Below, piece by piece: positions 1-13,439 of a DNA stretch of 64,000 bases. The position numbers were made by a program, and so were the translations under genes. The stretch lies in NCBI GenBank assembly GCA_032718475.1, contig JAUCBJ010007883.1, positions 1 to 64,000 on the forward strand, given 5' to 3'. The notes beneath the pieces are model-generated. The model saw only the letters and a program-made list of their open reading frames with translations, had not been told where the DNA came from and made no database searches. Positions within the stretch are counted from its first letter, which is position 1, and each line of letters starts with the position of its first letter. The stretch is from Nemertoderma westbladi (Eukaryota > Animalia > Xenacoelomorpha).

Positions 1-2
1 CA

Positions 3-860
3 GTGGCTTTCCAAACAAATTACTGTACGCTGGACATTCCTAAATATTACCCGCAGAATTCTGCTCAGTTAATTTTTTGGTTTCTGACATATAAAAAATA
101 ACATGTCTTATCAATTTGTTTTATATGGGAATTTGAATTGAAACGCCAATTTAGATGTAAAATGTTTACAATGTGCCAACTATAAATATGCCAATTTCGT
201 GAATAAAAGACTACATAACGCCAGTATCTACGTAAAATGGTTTTAATTCGACAACAATTGTCGATAGCCAATATGATCTCTTCAGCTCTTATTTTATTGT
301 ATAATTATATATAATTTATATTATATTATTATATAATATGAGCTCTTCATTGCATTTCTACTAAGTATATTCTGGCACACGAACATCAAAAAACTTGTCT
401 CAATTTGTAATATTTACGAACATGTAATGAAACACCAATTTTGTTCTAAGTGTGTTAATCGGATTCAGAACACATTTTAACATAAAGAAATGCAGAAATC
501 ACCATTTCGGCAAAAATGGCATATAGGTGGTTTCAAAATGAAAGGGACGATATGGTTATGATGATTCGGGTAAGTCTTTAGATCTCTTAAGGTCACAGTG
601 CAGGTGATACCGGTATGGTATTGTCTATGATTTTGAAGGTCCATGTATGTTATGGTTCAGTTTATGTAAATAATGTGGCCTTCGAAACAAATTACAGTAC
701 ACTGGACTGGACATTCCTAAATATTACCCGCAGAATTATTCTGCTTATTATTAATTTGTTTTATATGGGAATTTGAATTGAAACGCCACTTTAGTTGTAA
801 AATGTTTACAGTGTGCCAACAATAAATAGGTCAACAATTTGCCAATTTCGTGAATAAACT
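3..860 (+). repeat. Diverged local direct duplication (~3-210 vs ~675-860)
   Basis: Shared blocks tggacattcctaaatattacccgcagaatt, atttgttttatatgggaatttgaattgaaacgcca and tgccaatttcgtgaataaa occur in both copies, with indels. Confidence 0.8.
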
Positions 861-1931
861 CGTCTCCATCACTAGACTGGTTGCGCTCGTCCTGTTTCGC
901 ATCACAAATGAAGGCATTCTCAAGAGGGAGCCCAAGAGATGACAATAAGAGTGAAGCCTCAAAGGGGGAAGGAACGCCCTACGAAACGAATAGAGTTGTG
1001 GGCAGTAACTATCCACTGGGAAGCAGCACCACAAACTTGCGCCAATCACGCTTGTGTATTTAATTTTTGTATATTGGCTGTTTGGTATAACTGGTACATG
1101 CGATGCAGCCTGCAGGATAAAAAGTCTAAATTAGATCCTAAAAAACCTGACTTTGGTGTACCTAGCGAACTTTTTAGGCTTCTTATGCGAACATAAATCG
1201 CAAATTGCTGATAATTTACTGTAGGTCCCGTGTTTTTACTTAGGCCTATATACCACAATAAATGCCATTAATAGTCACCCCATGAGTTTATAGCTTTAAT
1301 TAATATTATGCTCATTTTAATAGTTTATATTAAAAATGGTTTATTTTTTATTGCTAGCCAGGGTGCCGTCAAAAAGAATTATAAATCGTTCCCCAGGAAC
1401 ATATGCTTTTTTCGTTGCATGAAATACAAGAGATGATAGGATGATTAATAATTTGTTAATAATTGGTGCTAGGAACGCTTGAATATAAACTGATAATCAA
1501 ACGCCACTTATGATGAAATTTTTGGTCTTAAGTAGCATTATCGCCATTATGGCGTTAAGATGACATGTCTACCAAACGCCATTATATCCCGCAGAACGCC
1601 CTCATCATATATAAACAGGTCGCAAAAGCGCCAATAAACATATTTCGACATGGCGTATTTGTTAAGCGCAACATCTATATATATATATAGTCTAATTTAT
1701 GAATTAATTTAGGTGGGTTGCAATGGTAACCTAGGTAACCTCGTTTAATACAATAGTATTAATTAATATACCTAAACACTGTAAATACACTGTCATTAAA
1801 TACACTGTATAACTTACATATTAGATAAATAAACATTAAATTACACGTAAATTAAACCTTTACAGAATCAAAGCAATTATAAATATAATAAAATAATTGT
1901 TGTGGGGTGGGGTGACGTCGTCATTAAATGT

Positions 1932-2019
1932 ATATTATGTTATGATAAATGCTCTCCTTAGCGAAAAATATTTAATTACATATTTTTCGCTATGGAGAGC
2001 ATTATCATAATATAATATA
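1932..2019. repeat. Short imperfect hairpin / inverted repeat
   Basis: ttatgataaatgctctccttagcgaaaaata ... tatttttcgctatggagagcattatcataa, with arms of ~40 bp and a small loop. Confidence 0.7.
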
Positions 2020-2338
2020 AACTATAAACTAAGTTTCTAAATCAGATTTATTAAGGTGAGAGAAAAAATATAGATTTAATGAATAATATTTCAGCCTGGA
2101 GAGGAAAACAATATTGTATTCTGTATCTAAAATGTGATTCTCTGTTGTGTGATATAAAAATTATTCTGAATAGAGTTTGATAAAGGCCTGTTGGCTGAAA
2201 TATTTCTCAGTAAACCTATATGTTTTCTATCACTCTGATTCCGAAACTAGTTTAGTATGATTAACGCGGTGACAGGGCACCTTCTCACTTACTAAAATAT
2301 AAACATAAAATCTTACTATTAATAATTTATTACAAACG

Positions 2339-2699
2339 CTAACTATTTCTTTTGAATCCATTATAACTATTATAACAAGATCCGTTTTTTATACTGCCGC
2401 TTTTGTTGCTTTCGATATATGGGAATCCTACAGCCCAACGGTTACAGGGCCACATACGTATCGAGAGATCCCGTCTTCCTTTAGAGTCTGGCACATCTGC
2501 GTAAACGAACCACCAATATAATATATGCAGCGATGACGCCACTGCCATGAACATATGCCATATCGAGTGACCCACAGGCCGGCCAACGTGTCTCTTCCAC
2601 TGGTCGCATAGCAACATGTCAGCAAGCCAAAATATGACCCCGATAAAGTTTAACACGATGGAGTAAATACCCACCATCTTGGCGCGGAAATTCCGTTGC
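2339..2699 (-). CDS. ACER2: Alkaline ceramidase (ACER1/2-like), exon 5 (last)
   Basis: AG acceptor at 2700-2701. Reads QRNFRAKMVG...FWLADMLLCDQW...GHSIWHMFMAVA. The HxxWH Zn-binding motif of CREST-family ceramidases is present, and the phase matches exon 4. Confidence 0.9.
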
Positions 2700-2912
2700 C
2701 TAGAAACAATGAAGATATTGAAATATAAAAGAGAAAGGTGCTACAGAAACCAATGTATTATTTTATAATTTGTATGTAATTAGTAGCAGTATTTATGGGT
2801 TTTAATTTAAATATAAAAGGTTTAAACGTTATCGCATTTAATTGAACATCAACGTACAAATTTGAATCACATCGATGAAATATGTGTGAAACTGGACACA
2901 AATCCCATACGA

Positions 2913-5900
2913 GCAGGTTACAGTGGCACGTTATTCTAACCAAACCAATAAACTAAAGTCAATGGAACAGGTTACAGTGGCACGTTATTCTAACCAAACC
3001 AATAAACTAAAGTCAATAGAACAGGTTACAGTGGCACGTTATTCTAACCAAACCAATAAACTAAAGTCAATAGAACAGGTTACAGAGGCACGTTATTCTA
3101 ACCAAACCAATAAACTAAAGTCAATAGAACAGGTTACAGTGGCACGTTATTCTAACCAAACCAATAAACTAAAGTCTATAGAACAGGTTCCAGTGGCACG
3201 TTACTCTAACCAAACCAATAAACTAAAGTCAATAGAATAGGTTATAGTGGCACGTTATTCTAACCAAACCAATAAACTAAAGTCAATAGAACAGGTTACA
3301 GTGGCACGTTATTCTAACCAAACCAATAAACTAAAGTCAATAGAACAGGTTACAGTGGCACGTTATTCTAACCAAACCAATAAACTAAAGTCTATAGAAC
3401 AGGTTACAGTGGCACGTTATTCTAACCAAACCAATAAACTAAAGTCAATAGAACAGGTTACAGTGGCACGTTATTCTAACCAAACCAATAAACTAAAGTC
3501 AATAGAACAGGTTACAGTGGCACGTTATTCTAACCAAACCAATAAACTAAAGTCAATAGAACAGGTTACAGTGGCATGTTATTCTAACCAAACTAATAAA
3601 CTAAAGTCAATAGAACAGGTTACAGTGGCATGTTATTCTAACCAAACCAATAAACTAAAGTCAATAGAACAGGTTACAGTGGCACGTTATTCTAACCAAA
3701 CCAATAAACTAAAGTCAATAGAACAGGTTACAGTGGCATGTTATTCTAACCAAACCAATAAACTAAAGTCAATAGAACAGGTTATAGTGGCACGTTATTC
3801 TAACCAAACCAATAAACTAAAGTCAATAGAACAGGTTACAGTGGCACGTTATTCTAACCAAACCAATAAACTAAAGTCAATAGAACAGGTTACAGTGGCA
3901 CGTTATTCTAACCAAACCAATAAACTAAAGTCAATAGAACAGGTTACAGTGGCATGTTATTATAACCAAACCAATAAACTAAAGTCAATAGAACAGGTTA
4001 CAGTGGCATGTTATTCTAACCAAACCAATAAACTAAAGTCAATAGAACAGGTTATAGTGGCACGTTATTCTAACCAAACCAATAAACTAAAGTCAATAGA
4101 ACAGGTTACAGTGGCACGTTATTCTAACCAAACCAATAAACTAAAGTCAATAGAACAGGTTACAGTGGCACGTTATTCTAACCAAACCAATAAACTAAAG
4201 TCAATAGAACAGGTTACAGTGGCATGTTATTATAACCAAACCAATAAACTAAAGTCAATAGAACAGGTTACAGTGGCACGTTATTCTAACCAAACCAATA
4301 AACTAAAGTCAATAGAACAGGTTACAGTGGCACGTTATTCTAACCAAACCAATAAACTAAAGTCTATAGAACAGGTTACAGTGGCACGTTATTCTAACCA
4401 AACCAATAAACTAAAGTCAATAGAACAGGTTACAATGGCACGTTATTCTAACCAAACCAATAAACTAAAGTCAATAGAACAGGTTATAGTGGCACGTTAT
4501 TCTAACCAAACCAATAAACTAAAGTCAATAGAACAGGTTACAGTGGCACGTTATTCTAACCAAACCAATAAACTAAAGTCAATAGAACAGGTTACAGTGG
4601 CACGTTATTCTAACCAAACCAATAAACTAAAGTCAATAGAACAGGTTACAGTGGCATGTTATTATAACCAAACCAATAAACTAAAGTCAATAGAACAGGT
4701 TACAGTGGCATGTTATTCTAACCAAACCAATAAACTAAAGTCAATAGAATAGGTTACAGAGGCACGTTATTCTAACCAAACCAATAAACTAAAGTCAATA
4801 GAACAGGTTATAGTGGCACGTTATTCTAACCAAACCAATAAACTAAAGTCAATAGAACAGGTTACAGTGGCACGTTATTCATACCAAACCAATAAACTAA
4901 AGTCAATAGAACAGGTTACAGTGGCACGTTATTCTAACCAAACCAATAAACTAAAGTCAATAGAACAGGTTACAGTGGCACGTTATTCTAACCAAACCAA
5001 TAAACTAAAGTCAATAGAACAGGTTACAGTGGCACGTTATTCTAACCAAACCAATAAACTAAAGTCAATAGAACAGGTTACAGTGGCACGTTATTCTAAC
5101 CAAACCAATAAACTAAAGTCAATAGAACAGGTTACAGTGGCACCTTATTCTAACCAAACCAATAAACTAAAGTCAATAGAACAGGTTACAGTGGCACGTT
5201 ATTCTAACCAAACCAATAAACTAAAGTCAATAGAACAGGTTACAGTGGCACGTTATTCTAACCAAACCAATAAACTAAAGTCAATAGAACAGGTTACAGT
5301 GGCACGTTATTCTAACCAAACCAATAAACTAAAGTCAATAGAACAGGTTACAGTGGCATGTTATTCTAACCAAACCAATAAACTAAAGTCAATAGAACAG
5401 GTTACAGTGGCACGTTATTCTAACCAAACCAATAAACTAAAGTCAATAGAACAGGTTACAGTGGCACGTTATTCTAACCAAACCAATAAACTAAAGTCAA
5501 TAGAACAGGTTACAATGGCACGTTATTCTAACCAAACCAATAAACTAAAGTCAATAGAACAGGTTACAGAGGCACGTTATTCTAACCAAACCAATAAACT
5601 AAAGTCAATAGAACAGGTTACAGTGGCACGTTATTCTAACCAAACCAATAAACTAAAGTCAATAGAACAGGTTACAGTGGCACGTTATTCTAACCAAACC
5701 AATAAACTAAAGTCAATAGAACAGGTTACAGTGGCACGTTATTCTAACCAAACCAATAAACTAAAGTCAATAGAACAGGTTACAGTGGCACGTTATTCTA
5801 ACCAAACCAATAAACTAAAGTCAATAGAACAGGTTACAATGGCACGTTATTCTAACCAAACCAATAAACTAAAGTCAATAGAACAGGTTACAATGGCACG

Positions 5901-8900
5901 TTATTCTAACCAAACCAATAAACTAAAGTCAATAGAACAGGTTACAGAGGCACGTTATTCTAACCAAACCAATAAACTAAAGTCAATAGAACAGGTTACA
6001 GTGGCACGTTATTCTAACCAAACCAATAAACTAAAGTCAATAGAACAGGTTACAGTGGCACGTTATTCTAACCAAACCAATAAACTAAAGTCAATAGAAC
6101 AGGTTACAGTGGCATGTTATTATAACCAAACCAATAAACTAAAGTCAATAGAACAGGTTACAGTGGCACGTTATTCTAACCAAACCAATAAACTAAAGTC
6201 AATAGAACAGGTTACAGTGGCACGTTATTCTAACCAAACCAATAAACTAAAGTCTATAGAACAGGTTACAGTGGCACGTTATTCTAACCAAACCAATAAA
6301 CTAAAGTCAATAGAACAGGTTACAATGGCACGTTATTCTAACCAAACCAATAAACTAAAGTCAATAGAACAGGTTATAGTGGCACGTTATTCTAACCAAA
6401 CCAATAAACTAAAGTCAATAGAACAGGTTACAGTGGCACGTTATTCTAACCAAACCAATAAACTAAAGTCAATAGAACAGGTTACAGTGGCACGTTATTC
6501 TAACCAAACCAATAAACTAAAGTCAATAGAACAGGTTACAGTGGCATGTTATTATAACCAAACCAATAAACTAAAGTCAATAGAACAGGTTACAGTGGCA
6601 TGTTATTCTAACCAAACCAATAAACTAAAGTCAATAGAACAGGTTATAGTGGCACGTTATTCTAACCAAACCAATAAACTAAAGTCAATAGAACAGGTTA
6701 CAGTGGCACGTTATTCATACCAAACCAATAAACTAAAGTCAATAGAACAGGTTACAGTGGCACGTTATTCTAACCAAACCAATAAACTAAAGTCAATAGA
6801 ACAGGTTACAGTGGCACGTTATTCTAACCAAACCAATAAACTAAAGTCAATAGAACAGGTTACAGTGGCACCGTTATTCTAACCAAACCAATAAACTAAA
6901 GTCAATAGAACAGGTTACAGTGGCACGTTATTCTAACCAAACCAATAAACTAAAGTCAATAGAACAGGTTACAGTGGCACGTTATTCTAACCAAACCAAT
7001 AAACTAAAGTCAATAGAACAGGTTACAGTGGCACGTTATTCTAACCAAACCAATAAACTAAAGTCAATAGAACAGGTTACAGTGGCATGTTATTCTAACC
7101 AAACCAATAAACTAAAGTCAATAGAACAGGTTACAGTGGCACGTTATTCTAACCAAACCAATAAACTAAAGTCAATAGAACAGGTTACAGTGGCACGTTA
7201 TTCTAACCAAACCAATAAACTAAAGTCAATAGAACAGGTTACAATGGCACGTTATTCTAACCAAACCAATAAACTAAAGTCAATAGAACAGGTTACAGAG
7301 GCACGTTATTCTAACCAAACCAATAAACTAAAGTCAATAGAACAGGTTACAGTGGCACGTTATTCTAACCAAACCAATAAACTAAAGTCAATAGAACAGG
7401 TTACAGTGGCACGTTATTCTAACCAAACCAATAAACTAAAGTCAATAGAACAGGTTACAGTGGCACGTTATTCTAACCAAACCAATAAACTAAAGTCAAT
7501 AGAACAGGTTACAGTGGCACGTTATTCTAACCAAACCAATAAACTAAAGTCAATAGAACAGGTTACAGTGGCACGTTATTCTAACCAAACCAATAAACTA
7601 AAGTCAATAGAACAGGTTACAATGGCACGTTATTCTAACCAAACCAATAAACTAAAGTCAATAGAACAGGTTACAGAGGCACGTTATTCTAACCAAACCA
7701 ATAAACTAAAGTCAATAGAACAGGTTACAGTGGCACGTTATTCTAACCAAACCAATAAACTAAAGTCAATAGAACAGGTTACAGTGGCACGTTATTCTAA
7801 CCAAACCAATAAACTAAAGTCAATAGAACAGGTTACAGTGGCACGTTATTCTAACCAAACCAATAAACTAAAGTCAATAGAACAGGTTACAGTGGCACGT
7901 TATTCTAACCAAACCAATAAACTAAAGTCAATAGAACAGGTTACAGAGGCACGTTATTCTAACCAAACCAATAAACTAAAGTCAATAGAACAGGTTACAG
8001 TGGCACGTTATTCTAACCAAACCAATAAACTAAAGTCAATAGAACAGGTTACAGTGGCACGTTATTCTAACCAAACCAATAAACTAAAGTCAATAAAACA
8101 GGTTACAGTGGCACGTTATTCTAACCAAACCAATAAACTAAAGTCAATAGAACAGGTTACAGTGGCACGTTATTCTAACCAAACCAATAAACTAAAGTCA
8201 ATAGAACAGGTTACAGTGGCACGTTATTCTAACCAAACCAATAAACTAAAGTCAATAGAACAGGTTACAGTGGCACGTTATTCTAACCAAACCAATAAAC
8301 TAAAGTCAATAGAACAGGTTACAGTGGCACGTTATTCTAACCAAACCAATAAACTAAAGTCAATAGAACAGGTTACAGTGGCACGTTATTCTAACCAAAC
8401 CAATAAACTAAAGTCAATAAAACAGGTTACAGTGGCACGTTATTCTAACCAAACCAATAAACTAAAGTCAATAGAATAGGTTACAGAGGCACGTTATTCT
8501 AACCAAACCAATAAACTAAAGTCAATAGAACAGGTTATAGTGGCACGTTATTCTAACCAAACCAATAAACTAAAGTCAATAGAACAGGTTACAGTGGCAC
8601 GTTATTCATACCAAACCAAAAAACTAAAGTCAATAGAACAGGTTACAGTGGCACGTTACTCTAACCAAACCAATAAACTAAAGTCAATAGAACAGGTTAC
8701 AGTGGCACGTTATTCTAACCAAACCAATAAACTAAAGTCTATAGAACAGGTTACAGTGGCACGTTATTCTAACCAAACCAATAAACTAAAGTCAATAGAA
8801 CAGGTTACAGTGGCACGTTATTCATACCAAACCAAAAAACTAAAGTCAATAGAACAGGTTACAGTGGCACGTTATTCTAACCAAACCAATAAACTAAAGT

Positions 8901-11900
8901 CAATAGAACAGGTTACAGTGGCATGTTATTCTAACCAAACCAATAAACTAAAGTCAATAGAACAGGTTACAGTGGCATGTTATTCTAACCAAACCAATAA
9001 ACTAAAGTCAATAGAACAGGTTACAGTGGCACGTTATTCTAACCAAACCAATAAACTAAAGTCAATAGAACAGGTTACAGTGGCACGTTATTCTAACCAA
9101 ACCAATAAACTAAAGTCAATAGAACAGGTTACAGTGGCACGTTATTCTAACCAAACCAATAAACTAAAGTCAATAGAACAGATTACAGTGGCACGTTATT
9201 CTAACAAGACCAATAAACTAAAGTCAATAGAACAGGTTACAGTGGCACGTTATTCTAACCAAACCAATAAACTAAAGTCAATAGAACAGGTTACAGTGGC
9301 CCGTTATTCTAACCAAACCAATAAACTAAAGTCAATAGAACAGGTTACAATGGCACGTTATTCTAACCAAACCAATAAACTAAAGTCAATAGAACAGGTT
9401 ACAGTGGCATGTTATTCTAACCAAACCAATAAACTAAAGTCAATAGAACAGGTTACAGTGGCACGTTATTCTAACCAAACTAAGTCAATAAAACAGGTTA
9501 CAGTGGCACGTTATTCTAACCAAACTAAGTCAATAAAACAGGTTACAGTGGCACGTTATTCTAACCAAACCAATAAACTAAAGTCAATAGAACAGGTTAC
9601 AGTGGCACGTTATTCTAACCAAACCAATAAACTAAAGTCAATAGAACAGGTTACAGTGGCACGTTATTCTAACCAAACCAATAAACTAAAGTCAATAGAA
9701 CAGGTTACAGTGGCACGTTATTCTAACCAAACCAATAAACTAAAGTCAATAGAACAGGTTACAGTGGCATGTTATTCTAACCAAACCAATAAACTAAAGT
9801 CAATAGAACAGGTTACAGTGGCACGTTATTCTAACCAAACCAATAAACTAAAGTCAATAGAACAGGTTACAGTGGCACGTTATTCTAACCAAACCAATAA
9901 ACTAAAGTCAATAGAACAGGTTACAGTGGCACGTTATTCTAACCAAACCAATAAACTAAAGTCAATAGAACAGGTTACAGTGGCACGTTATTCTAACCAA
10001 ACCAATAAACTAAAGTCAATAGAACAGGTTACAGTGGCACGTTATTCTAACCAATCCAATAAACTAAAGTCTATAGAACAGGTTACAATGGCACGTTATT
10101 CTAACCAAACCAATAAACTAAAGTCAATAGAACAGGTTACAGTGGCACGTTATTCTAACCAAACCAATAAACTAAAGTCTATAGAACAGGTTACAGTGGC
10201 ACGTTATTCTAACCAAACCAGTAAACTAAAGTCAATAGAACAGGTTACAGTGGCACGTTATTCTAACCAAACCAATAAACTAAAGTCAATAGAACAGGTT
10301 ACAGTGGCACGTTATTCTAACCAAACCAATAAACTAAAGTCTATAGAACAGGTTACAGTGGCACGTTATTCTAACCAAACCAGTAAACTAAAGTCAATAG
10401 AACAGGTTTCAATAGAACAGGTTACAGTGGCACGTTATTCTAACCAAACCAATAAACTAAAGTCAATAGAACAGGTTACAGTGGCACGTTATTCTAACCA
10501 AACCAATAAACTAAAGTCAATAGAACAGGTTACAGTGGCATGTTATTCTAACCAAACCAATAAACTAAAGTCAATAGGACAGGTTACAGTGGCACGTTAT
10601 TCTAACCAAACCAATAAACTAAAGTCAATAGAACAGGTTACAGTGGCACGTTATTCTAACCAAACCAATAAACTAAAGTCAATAGAACAGGTTACAGTGG
10701 CACGTTATTCTAACCAAACCAATAAACTAAAGTCAATAGAACAAGTTACAGTGGCACGTTATTCTAACCAAACCAATAAACTAAAGTCTATAGAACAGGT
10801 TACAGTGGCACGTTATTCTAACCAAACCAGTAAACTAAAGTCAATAGAACAGGTTACAGTGGCACGTTATTCTAACCAAACCAATAAACTAAAGTCAATA
10901 GAACAGGTTACAGTGGCATGTTATTCTAACCAAACCAATAAACTAAAGTCAATAGAACAGGTTACAGTGGCACGTTATTCTAACCAAACCAATAAACTAA
11001 AGTCAATAGAACAGGTTACAGTGGCATGTTATTCTAACCAAACCAATAAACTAAAGTCAATAGAACAGGTTACAGTGGCACGTTATTCTAACCAAACCAA
11101 TAAACTAAAGTCAATAGAACAGGTTACAGTGGCACGTTATTCTAACCAAACCAATAAACTAAAGTCAATAGAACAGGTTACAGTGGCACGTTATTCTAAC
11201 CAAACCAATAAACTAAAGTCAATAGAACAGGTTACAGTGGCACGTTATTCTAACCAAACCAATAAACTAAAGTCAATAGAACAGGTTACAGTGGCACGTT
11301 ATTCTAACCAAACCAATAAACTAAAGTCAATAGAACAGGTTACAGTGGCACGTTATTCTAACCAAACCAATAAACTAAAGTCAATAGAACAGGTTACAGT
11401 GGCACGTTATTCTAACCAAACCAATAAACTAAAGTCAATAGAACAGGTTACAGTGGCACGTTATTCTAACCAAACCAATAAACTAAAGTCAATAGAACAG
11501 GTTACAGTGGCACGTTATTCTAACCAAACCAATAAACTAAAGTCAATAGAACAGGATACAGAGGCACGTTATTCTAACCAAACCAATAAACTAAAGTCAA
11601 TAGAACAGGTTACAGTGGCACGTTATTCTAACCAAACCAATAAACTAAAGTCAATAGAACAGGTTATAGTGGCACGTTATTCTAACCAAACCAATAAACT
11701 AAAGTCAATAGAACAGGTTATAGTGGCACGTTATTCTAACCAAACCAATAAACTAAAGTCAATAGAACAGGTTACAGAGGCACGTTATTCTAACCAAACC
11801 AATAAACTAAAGTCAATAGAACAGGTTACAGTGGCACGTTATTCTAACCAAACTAAGTCAATAAAACAGGTTACAGAGGCACGTTATTCTAACCAAACCA

Positions 11901-12570
11901 ATAAACTAAAGTCAATAGAATAGGTTACAGAGGCACGTTATTCTAACCAAACCAATAAACTAAAGTCAATAGAACAGGTTATAGTGGCACGTTATTCTAA
12001 CCAAACCAATAAACTAAAGTCAATAGAACAGGTTATAGTGGCACGTTATTCTAACCAAACTAAGTCAATAAAACAGGTTACAGTGGCACGTTATTCTAAC
12101 CAAACCAATAAACTAAAGTCAATAGAATAGGTTACAGAGGCACGTTATTCTAACCAAACCAATAAACTAAAGTCAATAGAATAGGTTACAGAGGCACGTT
12201 ATTCTAACCAAACCAATAAACTAAAGTCAATAGAACAGGTTACAGTGGCACGTTATTCTAACCAAACCAATAAACTAAAGTCAATAGAATAGGTTACAGA
12301 GGCACGTTATTCTAACCAAACCAATAAACTAAAGTCAATAGAACAGGTTACAGTGGCACCTTATTCTAACCAAACCAATAAACTAAAGTCAATAAAACAG
12401 GTTACAGTGGCACGTTATTCTAACCAAACCAATAAACTAAAGTCAATAGAACAGGTTACAGTGGCACGTTATTCTAACCAAACCAATAAACTAAAGTCAA
12501 TAAAACAGGTTACAGTGGCACGTTATTCTAACCAAACCAATAAACTAAAGTCAATAGAACAAGTTACAGT
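2913..12570 (+). repeat. 54-bp satellite, ~180 copies, inside ACER intron 4
   Basis: Monomer aggttacagtggcacgttattctaaccaaaccaataaactaaagtcaatagaac repeated head-to-tail with few variants and no unique spacers. Confidence 0.98.
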
Positions 12571-13171
12571 TTTATTTTTGTTGATTATTTTTGGTAATCG
12601 GCTATTATTAGCATCGATTTCCCCTGGAGAGGAATTAATTTTGCTTGCGTTGAAAGTCCCCCCCCCCCCCCCCCCCCTACTTGAACTCAGGATGAGAAAG
12701 TCATAAATGAAACAAAATAAAAACTTTCCATAATTAATTAAACTTACGTTTTTCACTTTGTATAATATTTCTACTGTTTTGGATCTGACGCTTTCCGCAG
12801 GCATATAAAATTGAATATATCAAAATATACAACATTGTATATATCGTGGTATATGTTACGAAATATCTAATAAAATGTAGCATCGCGGTATTTGAGAAAC
12901 AGTTATTAATGTTGATACAAATGGGAGTAACGACACCGTTACGTAGGGTACTTGAATAAATAACAATGTCGTTGTGAAATTGGCCATTCTCCTCAGTAAA
13001 CACTTACTTGTAGGCCCGTCCATCGCCACATGGTGCGATAATAATTGGTACTCGCAGTAAAAGAAAGAACCAACCGATACAATTATTATCCAATTAAAAC
13101 ACAATTAGTGAATTACCGGACCGGTATTATGCTTTAGATGTAGATTAGCTGAGTAGAAATAGAGAACTGAC

Positions 13172-13303
13172 CTTTGTAGAGAATAGATCAAGGATGCCAC
13201 CATAGGGCCCATGAAAACAATTAATACGATGTGGTTGATAGGTGGATAAATGAAGGATGACGCTGTCATGGAAACCAATGACAATAGACACAAACGTCGC
13301 CAC
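13172..13303 (-). CDS. ACER2: Alkaline ceramidase exon 4
   Basis: AG at 13304-13305 and GT at 13170-13171; 132 bp. Reads WRRLCLLSLVSMTASSFIYPPINHIVLIVFMGPMVASLIYSLQ (two TM helices; P.IN motif as in ACER2). Confidence 0.85.
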
Positions 13304-13439
13304 CTAAATGAATAATGAAACTAAATGTGAATGTGATCTGAAACTTCAGTAGCACTACACTTAAGTGTACTGGAAATGGTTCTCAGATTCACTAATGGTT
13401 CAATTTGTCGGACATAAATATTTGTTTTAATAAAAGTAA

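Noticed and set aside
880-1060. Possible decayed RTE C-terminus (KPQRGKERPTKR)
   Set aside because: Too short and degenerate to support.
2923-12706. Long repeat ORFs (up to 1127 aa) as genes
   Set aside because: They arise from a stop-free frame of a 54-bp monomer, start at GTG, have sporadic TAG variants, and are antisense within an ACER intron.
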